In this document: positions 1-14,744 of the stretch, one piece after another
Numbering within the stretch: the first letter of the stretch is position 1
How the letters are laid out: every line of letters begins with the position of its first letter
Assembly (NCBI RefSeq): GCF_009914755.1
Contig: NC_060947.1
DNA length: 64,000 nt
DNA from: the human T2T-CHM13v2.0 reference genome, Homo sapiens
Strand: one strand, 5' to 3'
The notes under the pieces: generated by a model
What the model was told of the DNA's origin: nothing
Database searches by the model: none
Seen by the model: the letters and a program-made list of their open reading frames with translations, nothing else
Program-made: the position numbers and the translations under genes

Positions 1-437
<437 letters not shown>

Positions 438-444
438 CGTGGAA

Positions 445-905
445 ACTCTTCACAATTTGGCCTCAACCTAACTGTCTAACATTATATCTTTCAAATTATT
501 ATCACTGTCCTTAGTTTTTACCACATTTTCTGTAACATATATCTACTGTATCTACTCTCCAGCCACAATTTTTTAAGAACACAGCATGTCACTATAGTAG
601 TGCAGGGTCTTTATCTAGTATGATCTCTCCGTTGTATTCCTATATATCTAGTTTTGAAAATGCAGGTAAGACTTCATTGATGAAGCCATCATTCATTTGC
701 TCACTCAGGTTTCTAGCTGTGAACTCCTATGGCAAATTGTATAAAAACTTTTCCAAAATAAAATGTATTGATTGCATTATGATATTTATATGACTCTCTC
801 TTTACCTTCTGCTATTCCAACTTGGAACTCCTAAAGGCAAGTATTATGTCTTATTTCCCTAAATTCGTATTTTTAAAGTTACTTGAATGCATAAATGAAT
901 GCATT
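445..905 (+). mobile_element. L2 LINE 3' relic
   Basis: degenerate GAACTCCTAAAGGCAAG...TATGTCTTATTT motif and terminal TGAATGCATAAATGAATG. Confidence 0.5.
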
Positions 906-2116
906 AATTAATTGTTTGACCAATGGCAGTAAATAATGACAAAGATTCATAAATTAATCTACCATTGTATCTGACAGGTGTTGTTGGACTATTAAGATGT
1001 GCTACAACAATCAGTATGAGTTTATTTTCCTTTTCTTAATTTGGCTGCTATTGTCTCACATTGGATTAAGCAGTCACTTTTAGTAAAAAATGTTTCACTA
1101 TATTGCAGCAGCATAGTAAGAATTTCCTGTATTTGTGTTGAAATGGTATATGTGTGGGGGGCGGTTCTTAAATGATACAGAGTTATTATCGTAAACAGAA
1201 AGATATACTGCTATACTTAAAAATATGTTACTAAAAATATTTTGAAGACATAGATCCACATGATACATTGAGAAATGATAAATGCATGTGGAACACAGTT
1301 AATTCAACTGAGAGCAACTTTAAAATAATTAATCTCTTCACTTATATCTCATGAATCTTCTGAGACACATAGTTTCCAGAAATGCATCTTAAAAATGCCT
1401 TTTTCTTCCTCTCCTATACACTTTTATCACATCTTAGCTACTCCCACACTTATTATCTCTCAACTCCCCCACTCTATGAAATATCCTCTAGCCTTAAGCT
1501 TTAAATACCAGTTATATTTTTCTTTATTCCTGATTCTCAATTTCTAAAGCCTAAAAATCTATTTGGCAAAGCTAGACTTTCCTTTAGGGGTGATAAATGT
1601 AAGAAAAAAAAGAGACTTTTTTTTAATAGTTGGAGGAAAAAAGCTGTGAATAATCAAAAAGTAATTTTTTAACTTTCTGTATTATGAATTTATTGTGTGA
1701 CCTTAAGTAGTCACATAACCTCTCATTTTGTCATGTTCTTACTCAAATTCTACATGTAAATGTAAAATGAAAAAAATCTTGAAAAAATTTAAAGCTTCTG
1801 TACAAATCCAAGTTGGTTTTATTTTATACAGAATGATACAGGTTAAAAAAACAAATATTTTAATAACTTTTTATATAAAATAGTTTCAGTCTTTACTGAA
1901 CAGAAATATTGTCATGGTGAATTTTTCATATAATGTTTGGTTTGGACATTTTCTTCTCCAAAATATTAAAAGTTATCCTTAAAATGTTGATTAATTTATT
2001 ACTTGTGTAGCATTTCATTCTTATTTGACTTTCAAAAATTTAAAAACTTTAAGCAATTTTCTGTGATTAATTTTATAATACTCTTTAAATTCCCTACTAA
2101 GAGTAAGTTTAACAAC

Positions 2117-5100
2117 TTTTTTTTTTTTAGTTTCAACATTTATTTTCATTTTAGGGGTACATGTGCAGGATGTACAGGTTTGTTACATAGGCAAATGTGT
2201 GCCATCGTGGCTTGCTGCATGTAACAACCCATCACCCAGATACTGAGCCCCTCATGCATTATTTGTTTATCCTGATGCTTTCCCTCCCCCTGGCCCCTGC
2301 CTGACAGGCCCCAGTGTGAGTTGTTCTCCTCCCTGTGTCCATGCGTTCTCATTGTTCAGCTCCTAATTACAAGTGAGATCATGCAGTGTTTGGTTTTCTT
2401 TTCCTGTGTTAGTTTGCTGAGAATAATGGCTTCCAGCTCCATCCATGTTTCTGCAAAGGACATGATCTCCTTCCTTTTAATGGCTTCATAGTATTCCATG
2501 GTGTTATGTGTACCACCTTTCCTTTGTCCAGTCTATTACTGATGGGCATTGGGGTTGATTCCATGTCTTTGCTATTGTGAATAATGCTGCAATGAACATA
2601 CAGGTGCATATATTTTTATAATAGAATGATTTATATTCCTTTGGGTAAATACTCAGTAATGGGATTGCTGGGTCAAATGGTAATTCTGCCTCTAGATCTT
2701 TGAGGAATTGCCACACTGTCTTGCACAATGGTTGAACTAATTTATGTCCCTCCAACAGTGTAAAAGCGCTCGTTTTTTATTGCAACATCATCAGCATCTG
2801 TTGTTATTTGACTTTTTAATAATTGCTATTCTGACAGGCATGAGATGTCATCTTATTGTGGTTTTTATGAGCATTTCTCTAATGATCAATGATTTTGAGC
2901 TTTTTCTCATATGTTTCTTGGCTACATGTATTTATTTTTTTTGAGAAGTGTCTGTTAATGTCCTTTGTTTACTTTTTAATGAGGTTGTTCTTGGAAATTT
3001 GTTTAAGTTTTTTGTAGACTCTGTATATCAGACCTTCGTCAGACAGATAGATTACAACAATTTTCTTTCATTCTGTAGGTTGTTTGCTCACACTGATGGT
3101 AGTTCCTTTTTCTGTGTAGAAGCTCTACAAATTAGAGCTTGACAAATTGACAAATTAGATCCCATTTGTCAAGTTTTGCTTTTGTTGAAATTGCTTTTGG
3201 CATTTTCATCATGAAATCTTTGCTTATGCCTATGTCCTATGCCTATGCATGTGTCCTGAAAGGTATTGCCTAGATTTTCTTCTAGGGTTTTTTATAGTTT
3301 AGGTTTGTACATATAAGTCTTTAATCCATTTTGAGGTAATTTTTGTATAAGGTGTAAGGAAGTGGTCCAGTTTCAATTTTCTGCATTGGGCTACTCATTT
3401 CTCCCACCACCATTTTTTAAATAGGGAATCCTTTCCTTTCCCCATTGCTTGTTTTTGTAAGGTTTGTTGAAGATCAGGTGGTTACAGGTGTGTGGTCTTA
3501 TTTCTGATATCTCTATTCTGTTTCATCATTCTATGTGTCTGTTCTTGTACCAGTACTATGCTGTTTTGGTTGCTGTAGCCTTGTAGTATAGTTTGAAGTT
3601 GGATAGCATGATGCCTCCAGCTTTGTTCTTTTTGCTTAGGATTGTCTTGGCTATTCGGGCTCTTTTTTGGTTCCATATGAAATTTAAAAGAGTTTTTTTT
3701 TTCCTAATTCACTGAAGAATGTCAATGGTAGTTTAATGGGAATATCATTGAATCTGTAAATTACTCTAAGCAGTATGGCCATTTTGAAGACATTGATTTT
3801 TCCTATCCATGAGTATGGAATGTTTTTACATTTTTTTGTGTCCTTTCTGATTTCTTTGAGTAGTAGTTTGTAGTTCTCCTTAAAGAGGTCCTTCACTTTC
3901 CTTGTTAGCTGTATTCCTAGGTATTTTATTTTTTTGCAGCAATTTGGAATGGGAGTTAATTCATGATTTGGCTCTCTGCTTGCTCTTGTTATATAAGAAT
4001 GCTAGAAATTTTTGCACATTTATTTTGTATCCTGAAACTTTGATGAAGTTTCTTATTATCAGCTTCAGAAACTTTTGGGCTGAGACAATGGGGTTTTCTA
4101 GATATAGGATCATGTCAACTACAAATAAAGATAATTTGACTTCTTCTCTTCCTATTTTAATATGCTCTATTTCTTCCTCTTGCCTGATTGCCCTGACCAG
4201 CACTTCCAATACTATGCTGAACAGGAGTGGTGAGAGAAGACATCCTTGTCTTGTGCCGGTTCTCAAGTGGAATGCTTGAAGCTTTTGCCTATTCAGTATG
4301 TTATTGGCCATGGATTTGTAATATATGGCTCTTATTATTTTGAAGTATGTTCCTTTAATACATAGTTTATTGAGAGATTTCAACATGAAGCAATGTTGAA
4401 TTTTATTGAAGGCCTTTTCTGTGTTTATTGAGATAATCGTGGTTTTTATCTTTAGTTCTATTTATGTGATGAATCACATTTATAAATTTGTGCAGGTTAA
4501 AACAACCTTGCCTCCTGGGAATAAAGCCAACTTGTTCATGGTGGATAAGGTTTTTGATGTGCTGCTGGATTCAGGTCGCCAGTATTTTCTTGAGGATTTT
4601 TGCATCGATGTTCATCAAGGATACTGGCCTGAAGTTTTTGTTGTTGCTGTTGTATCTCTGCCAAGTTTTGGTATCAGGATGATGCTGGCCTCATAAAATG
4701 AGTTAGGGAGGAGTCCCTCCTTTTCACGTTTTTGGAATAGTTTTAGTAGAAATGGTACCAGCTCTTTTTGTACCTATGGTAAAATTCAGCTGTGAATTTG
4801 TCTGGTCCTGGGCATTTTTTGGTCATAGGATATTTTCTGATCCTAGGATATCTGTTACTGCCTCAATTTCAGAACTCGTTATTGGTCTATTCAGGGATTC
4901 AATTTTGTCTTGATTTAGTCTTAGGAGACTGTATGTGTTCAAGAACTTACATATTTCTTCCAGATTTTCTAGTTTATGTGCATACAGGTGTTTATAGCAT
5001 ACTCTGATTTGTATTTCTGTAGGGTCAGTGGTAATGTCTCCCTTATCATTTCTCATTGTGTTTATTTGATTCTTCTTTCTTTTCCTCTTTATTAGTCTAG

Positions 5101-8100
5101 CTAATAATCAATCTATTTTATTAATTTCTTTCAAAACACATCTCCTGGATTTGTTTATTTTATTGAAGGATTTTTTGTGTCTCGGTTTCCTTCAGTTCTG
5201 CTCTGGTACTGGTTATTTCTTGTCTTTTGCTAGCTTTGAGGTTGGTTCATTCTTGGTTCTCTAGTTCTTTTAGTTGTGCTGTTAGGATGTTAACTTGAGA
5301 TCTTTCTAGCTTTTTGATGTGGGTATTTAGTGCCACATATTTCTATTTCAATTCCATTTTAGCTGCCCCCCAAAAATTCTGAAAACATTATCTCTTGGTT
5401 TTCATTAGTTTCAAAAACACTTATTGATTTCTGCCTTAATTTCATTATTTACCTAGGAGTCATTCAGGAGTAGGTTGTTCAATTTCCATGTAGTTGTGTG
5501 ACTTTGAGTGAATTTCTTAATCTTGAGTTCTAATTTGATTGCGTTGTGGTCTGAGAGACTGTTCTTTTGCACTTGCTTAGGAGTGTTTTTACTTCTAACT
5601 ATTTGATCAATTTTAGAGTAAGTGCCATGTGGCACTGAGATGAATGTATATGCTCTTTTTTGGAGTAGAAAGTACTATAGGTATCTATCACGTTCACTTG
5701 ATCCAGAGCTGAGTTCAGTTCCTAAATATCTTTGTTAATTTTCTGTCTCGATGACCAGTCTAATATTGTCTGTGGGCTGTAAAAGTCTCCCACTATTATT
5801 GTGTGTGAGTCTAGTCTAAGTCTCTTTGTAGTTCTCTAAAAACTTCCTTTATGAATCCAGGTTCTCCTGTATTGGGTGCATATATATTTAAGATAGTTAG
5901 CACTTCTTGTTGAATTGAATCCTTCTTTGTCTTTTTTGATATTTTTTGGTTCAAATCTGTTTTGTTAGAAACTAGAATTGCAACCCCTGTTTTTTTTTCT
6001 ATTTTTCATTTCCTTGGTAAATTTTCCTCCATCCCTTTATTTTGAGCCTATGTGTGCCTTTGCATGTGAGATGGGTCTGTCGAAGACAGCATACAGGTAA
6101 GCCTTGGCTCTTTATCCAGTTTGCCACTGTGTGTCTTTTATATTGGGATATTTTAACTTTACGTTTAAAGTTAGTATTGTTATGTGTGAATTTGGTCCAG
6201 TCATCATGATGCTAGCTGGTTATTTTGCAAACTTTTTTAATGTGGTTGCTTCACAGTGTCACTGATCTGTATACTTCAGTGTTTTTTGTAGTTGCTGGTA
6301 ATGGTTTTTCCTTTCCATATTTAGTACATCCTTCAGGAGCTCTTGCAAGGCAGGCCTGGTGGTGACTAATTCCCTCAGCATTTGCTTGTCTGAAAATGAC
6401 ATTATTTCCCCTTCCCTTTTCAAGTTTAGTTTGGCCAGATATGATATCCCTGGTTAGGAATACTTATCTTTAACAATGTTGAATATTGGCCCCCAATTTC
6501 TTCTGCCTTGTAGAGTTTCTACTGAGAGGTCTGCTGTACATTTGATGGGATTTCCTTTTTAGGTGACCTGGCCTTTCTCTCTGGCTGCCCTTAACATTTT
6601 TCTTTCATTTTGATCTTGTAGAACCTGATGATTATATGTCTTGGAGTTGATCTTCTCAATCTTACTGGGTTCTCTGAATTTCCTGCATTTGAATGTTGGC
6701 TTGTCTTGCTAGATTGGGAAAGTTCTTCTGGATAATATCCTGAAGTATGTTTTCCAACTTGGTTTTATTCTCCCTGACTCTTTTAGGTACCCCAGTAATT
6801 CATAGGTTCAAACTTCTTATATAACCTCATATTTCTCTGAAGTTTTGTTCACTCATTGTTATTCTTTCTTCTCTATTCTTGTCTTCCTGTCTTATTTTCA
6901 GAATCTTCAAACTCTGAGATTCTTTGTTCTGCTTTGTCTATTCTGCTATTAATACTTGTGATTGCATTGTGAAGTTCTCGTGTCTTACAGCTCCATCAGG
7001 TCTGTTATGTTCCTCTTTAAGCTGGCTATTCTAGTTATCAACTTCTGTATTGTTTTATCATGATTCTTAGCTTCTTTGCATTGGGTTACAACATGTTCCT
7101 TTAGCCCAGCAACGTTTGTTATTACCCACCTTCTGAAGCCTACTTCTGTCAATTCAGCCATCTCATCCTCAGCCTAGTTCTGTGCCCTTGCTAGAGAGGT
7201 GTTGCAGACATTTTGAGAAAAAGAGGCACTCTGGCTTTTTGAGTTTTCAGCATTTTTGTGTTGATTTTTTTCTTATCTTTGTGGGTTTATCTACTTTTTA
7301 TATTTGAGGTTGCTGGCCTTTGGAATTTGGGGGGGGGGTCTTTTTTGTTGATGTTGTTGTTGTTTTCTGTTTTTTTGTTTTTTTTTTTTAATAGTCAGGC
7401 CACTGACTGTTAGCATCTTTTGGGCTGCTGTGGTTTGCTAGGTGTCTGCTCTAGACCCTAGTTGCCTCAGTTTTTCTCGTACCTGGAGGTATCACCAGTG
7501 GAGTCTGTGAAAAAGCAAAAACGGCAGCCTACTTCTTCTTCTGGAAGCTCCATCCCAGGGGGGTACTGACCTGTTGTTGGCCCAAATGCTCCTGTAGGAG
7601 GCCTCACCCAGTCAGGAGAAACTGGATCAGGGACACACAGAAGTAGTCTGGCTGCTTTTTGGTAGAGCAGGTTTGCTGCATTGAGGGGTACCCTTTCTTG
7701 TCCAGACTGCCCAGACTCTCCAGAGTCAGCAGGCTGGAACAGCCGAATCAAACGTACTGCAGAGACAGCAGCTGCTCCTCCCCTAGGAGCTTCATCTCAG
7801 GATGAGTCCCTCACAGGAAGCCTTCACCCAGTGTGGAGGAATGGATCAGGGTCCCTCTTAAAAAGCAGTCTGGGCATGATCTGGCAAAGCAAGTGTACTG
7901 TGTTAGGGTGAACCCCCTCATCTGGACCACCTGGACCCTCCAGAGCTGGCAGGCTCTAATGCTGAGTCTACTGAACCACAAACATAGTGGCCTACCCTCC
8001 CCCCAACAAACTCCCTCCCATCTCAGTCAGACTCAGCCTGCTGCTGCTGGCTGGCTTGAATTTATGCCAGTGGGTCCCAACTTGTGAGGTGGGACCCACA

Positions 8101-8615
8101 ACCTGATGCTGCTTGGCTCCCTGGATTCAATCCCCTTCCTGAGAGAATGTATGAATAGATATGCCTCCTCACCTGGGATCCCAGGGCCAGAGTATGTAAA
8201 ACTCCTGGATCTCCATGTGTGCCTGAGTGGCTGCTCTTTTGAGTCTCCACACTACTCTGTGTATCAGACCCAAGGCCCCAGTAGCATGGGCTCATGAGGG
8301 GATCTCTGATCAGCAGGTTGCAAAGATCCATGGGATCTTTGGGAGGAGTGTGGTTTCCTAGACACGGTCACACAATCACTCACTGCCTCCCTTGGCTTTG
8401 GGTGGGGGTTCCATTGGCTCTGTGCCTCTCCCAGGTGGGCTGTCATCTCACCCTGCTTTTCTTCACTCTCCCTGGGTTGAGCTGATTGCCTAGTCAGTCC
8501 CAACGTGATAACCTGGATACTTCAGTTGAAGGTGCTGAATTCACTTGTTGCTCTCATTCCTCTCTGAGTGCTGCAGACCACAGCTGGCTCTAATTGGCCA
8601 TCTTGGCGCCATCCC
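2117..8615 (-). mobile_element. Full-length (~6.5 kb) decayed LINE-1, L1PA10/L1PA11-like
   Basis: poly(T) at 2117, 3'UTR, ORF2 fragments (2504-2755, 3684-3896, 3961-4386 with [13 protein letters not shown] and FVVDMILYL), ORF1, GC-richer 5'UTR ending GGCCATCTTGGCGCCATCCC; many stops/frameshifts. Confidence 0.95.
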
Positions 8616-9362
8616 TGAAACCTTTTTAAAATTTGTCTTTCAGAGAGTCTGTAATGGTCTATAACTCTTTTTCAACTCATTTACATATTTCTGAGACTTG
8701 ATGACATCATAAGATTTAAGCATTTTATAATTCAAGATCCTGAAAATGACTCTCAAAGTATTAGTCACCTGAGAATAGTACACTTCAGAGAATATAAATT
8801 TGATTACACTTGGGATGAACTAAATAAAATTAAAGATAATTTGAGCCTCTGGAAAAAACCCAGAGTAGTGCATATAGCAGAAACTGTAAATCAGCAAAAT
8901 CCTTACCTTTGTCTCTTTAACTCTGCAAGAGTTAGCACCTGCCTCATTAAAACAGCCAACAGAAGAAACCTTTGATAATATGGGATCTCCATTTGCTCAG
9001 AGAACAGAGGAATCTCTGGAATTTTCAAAATAGTGACATATAGATACTGTGTTTCCCATTTTCAGTACAATATTTTTTAAACTGTACTTCTTAATTACTT
9101 AAAGGTGTTTGGTTGAGGATTAACTCTTAAATTGCTTATGAGAAAGATACCGTCTGAAAAGACTTGTGTGGCTGAAAGAAGAGTCATCTAGCTGAATCTT
9201 TTTCTGGTGATTTTTCCCAGAAAACAACATGTAAGGGAGGAGGGAAAGAAGAGAAGAGAAGTGATGAAGCGATACTGCCTAAGGAAGTTGAAGAATCTTG
9301 GGGATTTTATCAAGCCAAAATTAAAAAGAGGGGAAACATGAAACATGACTTGAGATCCCTGA

Positions 9363-9899
<537 letters not shown>

Positions 9900-10329
9900 C
9901 TAATGAATATGTTTTCAAAGTTGTGCATGATATAAGAAGGGTTCATGAAAGGAGTTATTTATAAGCTATTATTAGGGAAAGTGATGGTCCCTCAAATCCA
10001 CCACGAGGCTACCAAAAAGAATCATATCGCACCATTTATTATTTCCTTATGAGGGAGATCAGTGAAATTACAAAGCCATAGACTATTAAGATCAGAGTTT
10101 TCACTTCTTTTCTTAGCAATTATTTTGTGGTAATTGTCAAAATTGATTAATGGAAATATTCTCATTCCATACTTCTACAGATTTTTTCCCCTATATGTGA
10201 CTGCTCTTTGCACCCATTTTGTACAGACTCATTTTCATGTACCTATATACACTATACCCTAAAATGCTGGTATTCTTAAACATTTAATCCTCTAGATGAT
10301 TTTACTATGTTAGTTGCTTAAATTTCTAC

Positions 10330-10528
10330 CAATTAGCTATTTATTCTCAAAGCTATGTCTGAGTCCAAGACCTCTCTACTTAGATTCACACTAAGAGCTC
10401 AAGCTCAACATCTCTAAAATAAACTCAATTCTTTCACTCTACCTTTGCCCTTCTTCTTGGGTTTTCTGTCTCTATGAATTGCATTACCCAGTTTCCAAAG
10501 TTATAAATTGATCATCATCATGAACTAG
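10330..10528 (+). mobile_element. L2 fragment
   Basis: CTCAAGCTCAACATCTCTAAAATAAACTC...CATTACCCAGTT resembles L2 ORF2 3' region. Confidence 0.5.
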
Positions 10529-10529
10529 T

Positions 10530-10840
10530 TGACAGGCTGAATCTAACAAGATAAATTTTTAGCAGGGATAATCATAAAATACTGCTCTAGGTTTCCTAAC
10601 CCCCTAGAGAAAAAAACCCAGCTATATATGTACACGATGCAGTCAGTGTGACTTATCTCCAATACCCAAAAATCACCTTGGTGCATTTAGATTATTTTTA
10701 AATTCAATATGCATCAGTAGTTTGATGTTGCTGAGGAATGAGGGAATACTTCCTTAAGCTGCACCAACAGAGGAAAATCTTAAAGTGAGAGACTGGTAGG
10801 TAAAATCTGTTCTTAATTTTACATTTGAATATTATTGTAG
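10530..10840 (+). mobile_element. L3/CR1 relic
   Basis: AACAAGATAAATTTTTAGCAGGGATAA...TCAATATGCATCAGTAGTTTGATG...GCTGCACCAACAGAGG resemble CR1 RT 3' motifs. Confidence 0.5.
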
Positions 10841-10841
10841 A

Positions 10842-11239
10842 TGCTACATTTTGGAAGTTTGTTCCCTTGAAAGGTCATGTTAACATTTAATTGCCATTGT
10901 AACAGTATTAACATGTGGGAACATTAAGAGGTGATGATTAGGACTCAAGGGCTCTGCCCTCATGAATGGATTAAGGATATTACATCTAGAATAAGTTTGT
11001 TTTCAAGGCAGTAGGTTTGTTATAAAAGGACAAGTTACCCCTTTCTCTGGGCCCACTCCCCATCTTGCTCTCTTTTTGTCCTTCCCCCATGGGGTGATAC
11101 ATCAAGAAGGCCCTGATCAAATGCCAGACCTCAATCTTGGGCTTCACAGCCTCCAAAACTGTAAGTCAGTAAATTTCTGATCAATATAAATTACCCAGTC
11201 CGTGATATTTTGTTACAGCATAACAAAACATACCAAGCA
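10842..11239 (+). mobile_element. MSTC/MSTD-like MaLR solo LTR
   Basis: TGCTA start, TTTAATTGCCATTGTAACAGTATTAA, GGGCTCTGCCCTCATGAATGGATTAA, TAAATTACCCAGTC...TTTTGTTACAGCA near end. Confidence 0.85.
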
Positions 11240-11560
11240 GGGAAGCGAGAATTGCTTTGAGAGAGAGCAACCATGCATACTCTTTCTGCAAGAAATGACT
11301 GAAAAATTTTGCAGGCCATTAAAGACTAAATAACCCTTCAATAGCCCTTTCAAACTTCATTTTCTATTAATGCATTACACTTTAAATTTAAAATAATAAT
11401 TTAATTAATTGAAATTTTAATCAATATATATTTTAGGTTTAAAATGTAATTATTGCATTTTGGTTTTTCCCAAAGATATATTTGTGGGGTCCAAATTGCT
11501 ATTGAAAAGAATTTTTTAGTACATTTGTTTCCTGATTTGGGACCCATGGAAAGACCTCCA

Positions 11561-11728
11561 TATGTACTACTGAAAGAGAGAATATTATATTCATGACTTT
11601 CTCTTCTTAACCCAGCTTGCCTGGGTATGCACTATTGAAAGGGAAAATATTATATTCATGACCTTATGCACTACTGAAAGAGAGAATATTGTATTCATGA
11701 CCTTCTCTTCTTAACCCAGTTTGCCTGG
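11561..11728. repeat. Local triplication: 64-bp unit, 39-bp partial unit, 64-bp unit
   Basis: TATGYACTAYTGAAAGRGARAATATTRTATTCATGAC at 11561, 11626, 11665; copies 1 and 3 continue TTCTCTTCTTAACCCAGYTTGCCTGG. Confidence 0.93.
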
Positions 11729-11854
11729 AGAGGAAGATGGGTTGAAGAAAGTATCTAATCAATATTGACCATTTCCATGTTACGTTACTTCATTTAAAGA
11801 CAGTGCGTACAATTAAGGGTTATTGGGTTGTGAGATGGACCTGATTCACTTGCT

Positions 11855-11970
11855 TTTTACCTCCTCTCTGAGCCTTAGTTTTCTCATCTGCAAGACAAGG
11901 GCTCCAGTGCCTGCCTCAAGGGCCAAGAAGCTTCAATGAGATGGCACAACTGAAAGGGCTTGGCACAAAT
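11855..11970 (+). mobile_element. MIR fragment
   Basis: core CTCTCTGAGCCTTAGTTTTCTCATCTGCAA. Confidence 0.75.
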
Positions 11971-14170
11971 TTGGCATTTCATAAATTCTGTCTTTGCTTA
12001 ACAGCCACAACAACATTTAAGGGGTGAGAGGCAATTTCCTGGTAGCATCAGGAAGCCTGGAACCTGTACTAAGACTGGTCAGGGTTTGTCTTTGTTGCTT
12101 TCCCTCCTTCCATGCTTTTTCTCCTCACCATTTCCCTCCACTCAACCTCTTTTATAAAGACAGCAATTTTTAAAATAGAAATGCATCATATATAGTCTTA
12201 TTATATACACCTATACTATCTCTCCTATAAGCAGGACAACAGTTTGTAAGGGAAAGGCTGATTGTGAAATCATAAAAAATAAGATGAGGAAAGTTATGAT
12301 GGGGTGGGGGTGTGACAGAGCCATAAGAAAAGAAAGCAGAGTAGGGGGGTTGTGGTTTTATTAAATGGATGAGAATAATCTGTTGTAGGTTATTTAGGAA
12401 GGCATACATGTAAAGAAAATGACATTGGGCAGAGTTAAATATAAGAATAGCAAACAAGATTAACTGGGGCAGAGGGAGATGCACTAGACTGAGAGACCCA
12501 GGAGAAGACTGCTAGAATAAAATAGGCAGGGGGCAATAACAGCCCGATTGAAGTGTGCAGCTTGGGAAATAAAGATTGGGGGACAAGGCAAATAGGAGAC
12601 TCTCCCACTGAGGGGCAGATGGAAAGATGAAGTGAATTATTATTTCAGACACTTGCTTCTAACACACCTCACAGACTCTGACATGAATGAGGCAGTCTCC
12701 TGCAGACATTGTCTGGTCTTTTCTGTTTCCTCTTGCTGCCCTGAATTCTTTCAATGTTATCTTTTGTGCCCCACTTGAAGGCTTCCAGGGAAGGCAAAGG
12801 AGGAAGAAGTGACTCCTCCTTCCCCCATTACCGATTTCAATGGGCCACCCCACGTGTCTCCAGTCAGCCTGACCTCGTTATTTCCAGCATACGGAGTGGC
12901 AAATAGACCAATCAGCCAATATAGGTCAAATTGTATTATGTCTGGCCTGGGGGCAAAATCACATTGTCCCTGGAACCCAGGAGCTAAGGTCTGATAAATA
13001 GCTTCTATATTCAGTGTAGACCCATGGGAATGAAAAGGATTTGAAGGGCAGTAAGTCCACAGTGAATTTTGTATTTGAGATGTAGTACATTTTATTTGTT
13101 TTTCATTCCATTTTCATCATAGAATTATTTTTATTTTTATTTCTTTCATTTTGTTGTCATTTTACATAGAGGGGAGATACATATACAGACAGCAAGTGAG
13201 CATGATGACACAGTACATAAATAACATAATTGAGAGCCCATCTATTACAAAGCAGCATCAAAGTTGAATTTTAAAAGTTGGATGAAATGTTTTAACTAGT
13301 ATTTATATTTAAGAATAATTATCTTTCTGTTTCCAAAAAGGATAAACAAGTTATGTTTCACACATAGGCAAATGCTTGATTTTGAGCAGCACTTATCAAA
13401 TAGGCATTATAGCCAGAGTCAGAAGACATTTTTAATGATGAGGTTCATGAATGAAGTTAAACCCTGACAAAGGCAATTCATTGGAGTGGAGCTTCATTTT
13501 TTCTATTTTTGGTATTTTGATTTCATGGGCTCTGTATTTCATGGAGAGAGGACGTGCTGTTTCTTTTCTTCAGGATGCTCCGATGTGGCCATAAAATAGA
13601 GTTCTTAGCTTTTGCAAAACAATAATATCAAATAAGTGTATTTAGGCTTTCAATGGACACCGAGAGGGATGAGGATTTATATGCTAAAAAAAGAATTCAC
13701 AAACTTAATCCTTCACCTCAACATACCAAAAGGGGAAGCAGCCAAAGACCACTGTTAAACACACAACAATATTGTTACATTGTGAAATGCAGGATGATGA
13801 TATGACTAATCTGAGATCAACTCCTTCAGTTCTACCTTTGAAATATTCTTTGTATGTTATTCTTCATTTTAATTCACATTGTTGCTGTGTTAGTGTAGGC
13901 CAAAAATTTTAATTCATTATCCATTTGGATTATTCAGCAAACTGATGATGCAGTGAAGATAGTGTTGGAGAAACAGAATATTGAAGAGGTTTCAAAATTC
14001 AAAAAGTGGGTTTTTTGTAAGGTTATTATTTTAAAAGGTTTTTTAATTACAGAAATTAAAACACAAAAGAAAATGTAAAATTACATAAAATTCCACCATT
14101 TTTTGAAATGCATAAAATAATAAAGTCATTTATATCTCTCCAATACATCCCCTGTGCCAATACATACATG

Positions 14171-14172
<2 letters not shown>

Positions 14173-14203
<31 letters not shown>
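14173..14203. repeat. (CA)n microsatellite
   Basis: ~15 CA units. Confidence 0.98.
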
Positions 14204-14207
<4 letters not shown>

Positions 14208-14744
14208 ATTACACAGAATATTGGCTAGTATATTTAGGCATAATCTTCCATATTGTTTTCTATGTGAGGGTGCCTTCAATGGGTTGTATTTACTGCATTT
14301 ACCCTTCTCCTCCTTTATCCATACTCATCCTAAATGCTTTAATACATGGAGAAACTGAGCCAACAACACACATTTAGGAAGAGATTTATGTTATGGAGGG
14401 ATTGGGGGAAAAGTAAGAGTCTTGAATGAATGCAAACTATGCTCTGAAGAAGGCAAACAATTATTAGCCATTGAACGCTTAGGAAGATAATACCTCTCCC
14501 AATGCTTATGCCCACTTTCTTCAGAATACCAACTGTTGCGGACTGTATAAAAGGGCAACTTGGCCTGCAAATACACAGAACCTTATGTTAAGACAAGATT
14601 ACATTTTTGACTGGCTTAGACACTTTATTAGAAACTTTAACTGGCTCTTATCAGATAATGGGTTAAAGAAGAAAATAACTTATAGCCTCAATATAAGAGG
14701 TGAAAATCAAGGGAATTAGGAGGTGCTTTCCATGGGACAGCTCA

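Noticed and set aside
655-675. Strong splice donor CAG|GTAAGA
   Set aside because: Isolated motif within a probable L2 relic; no supporting acceptor or reading frame.
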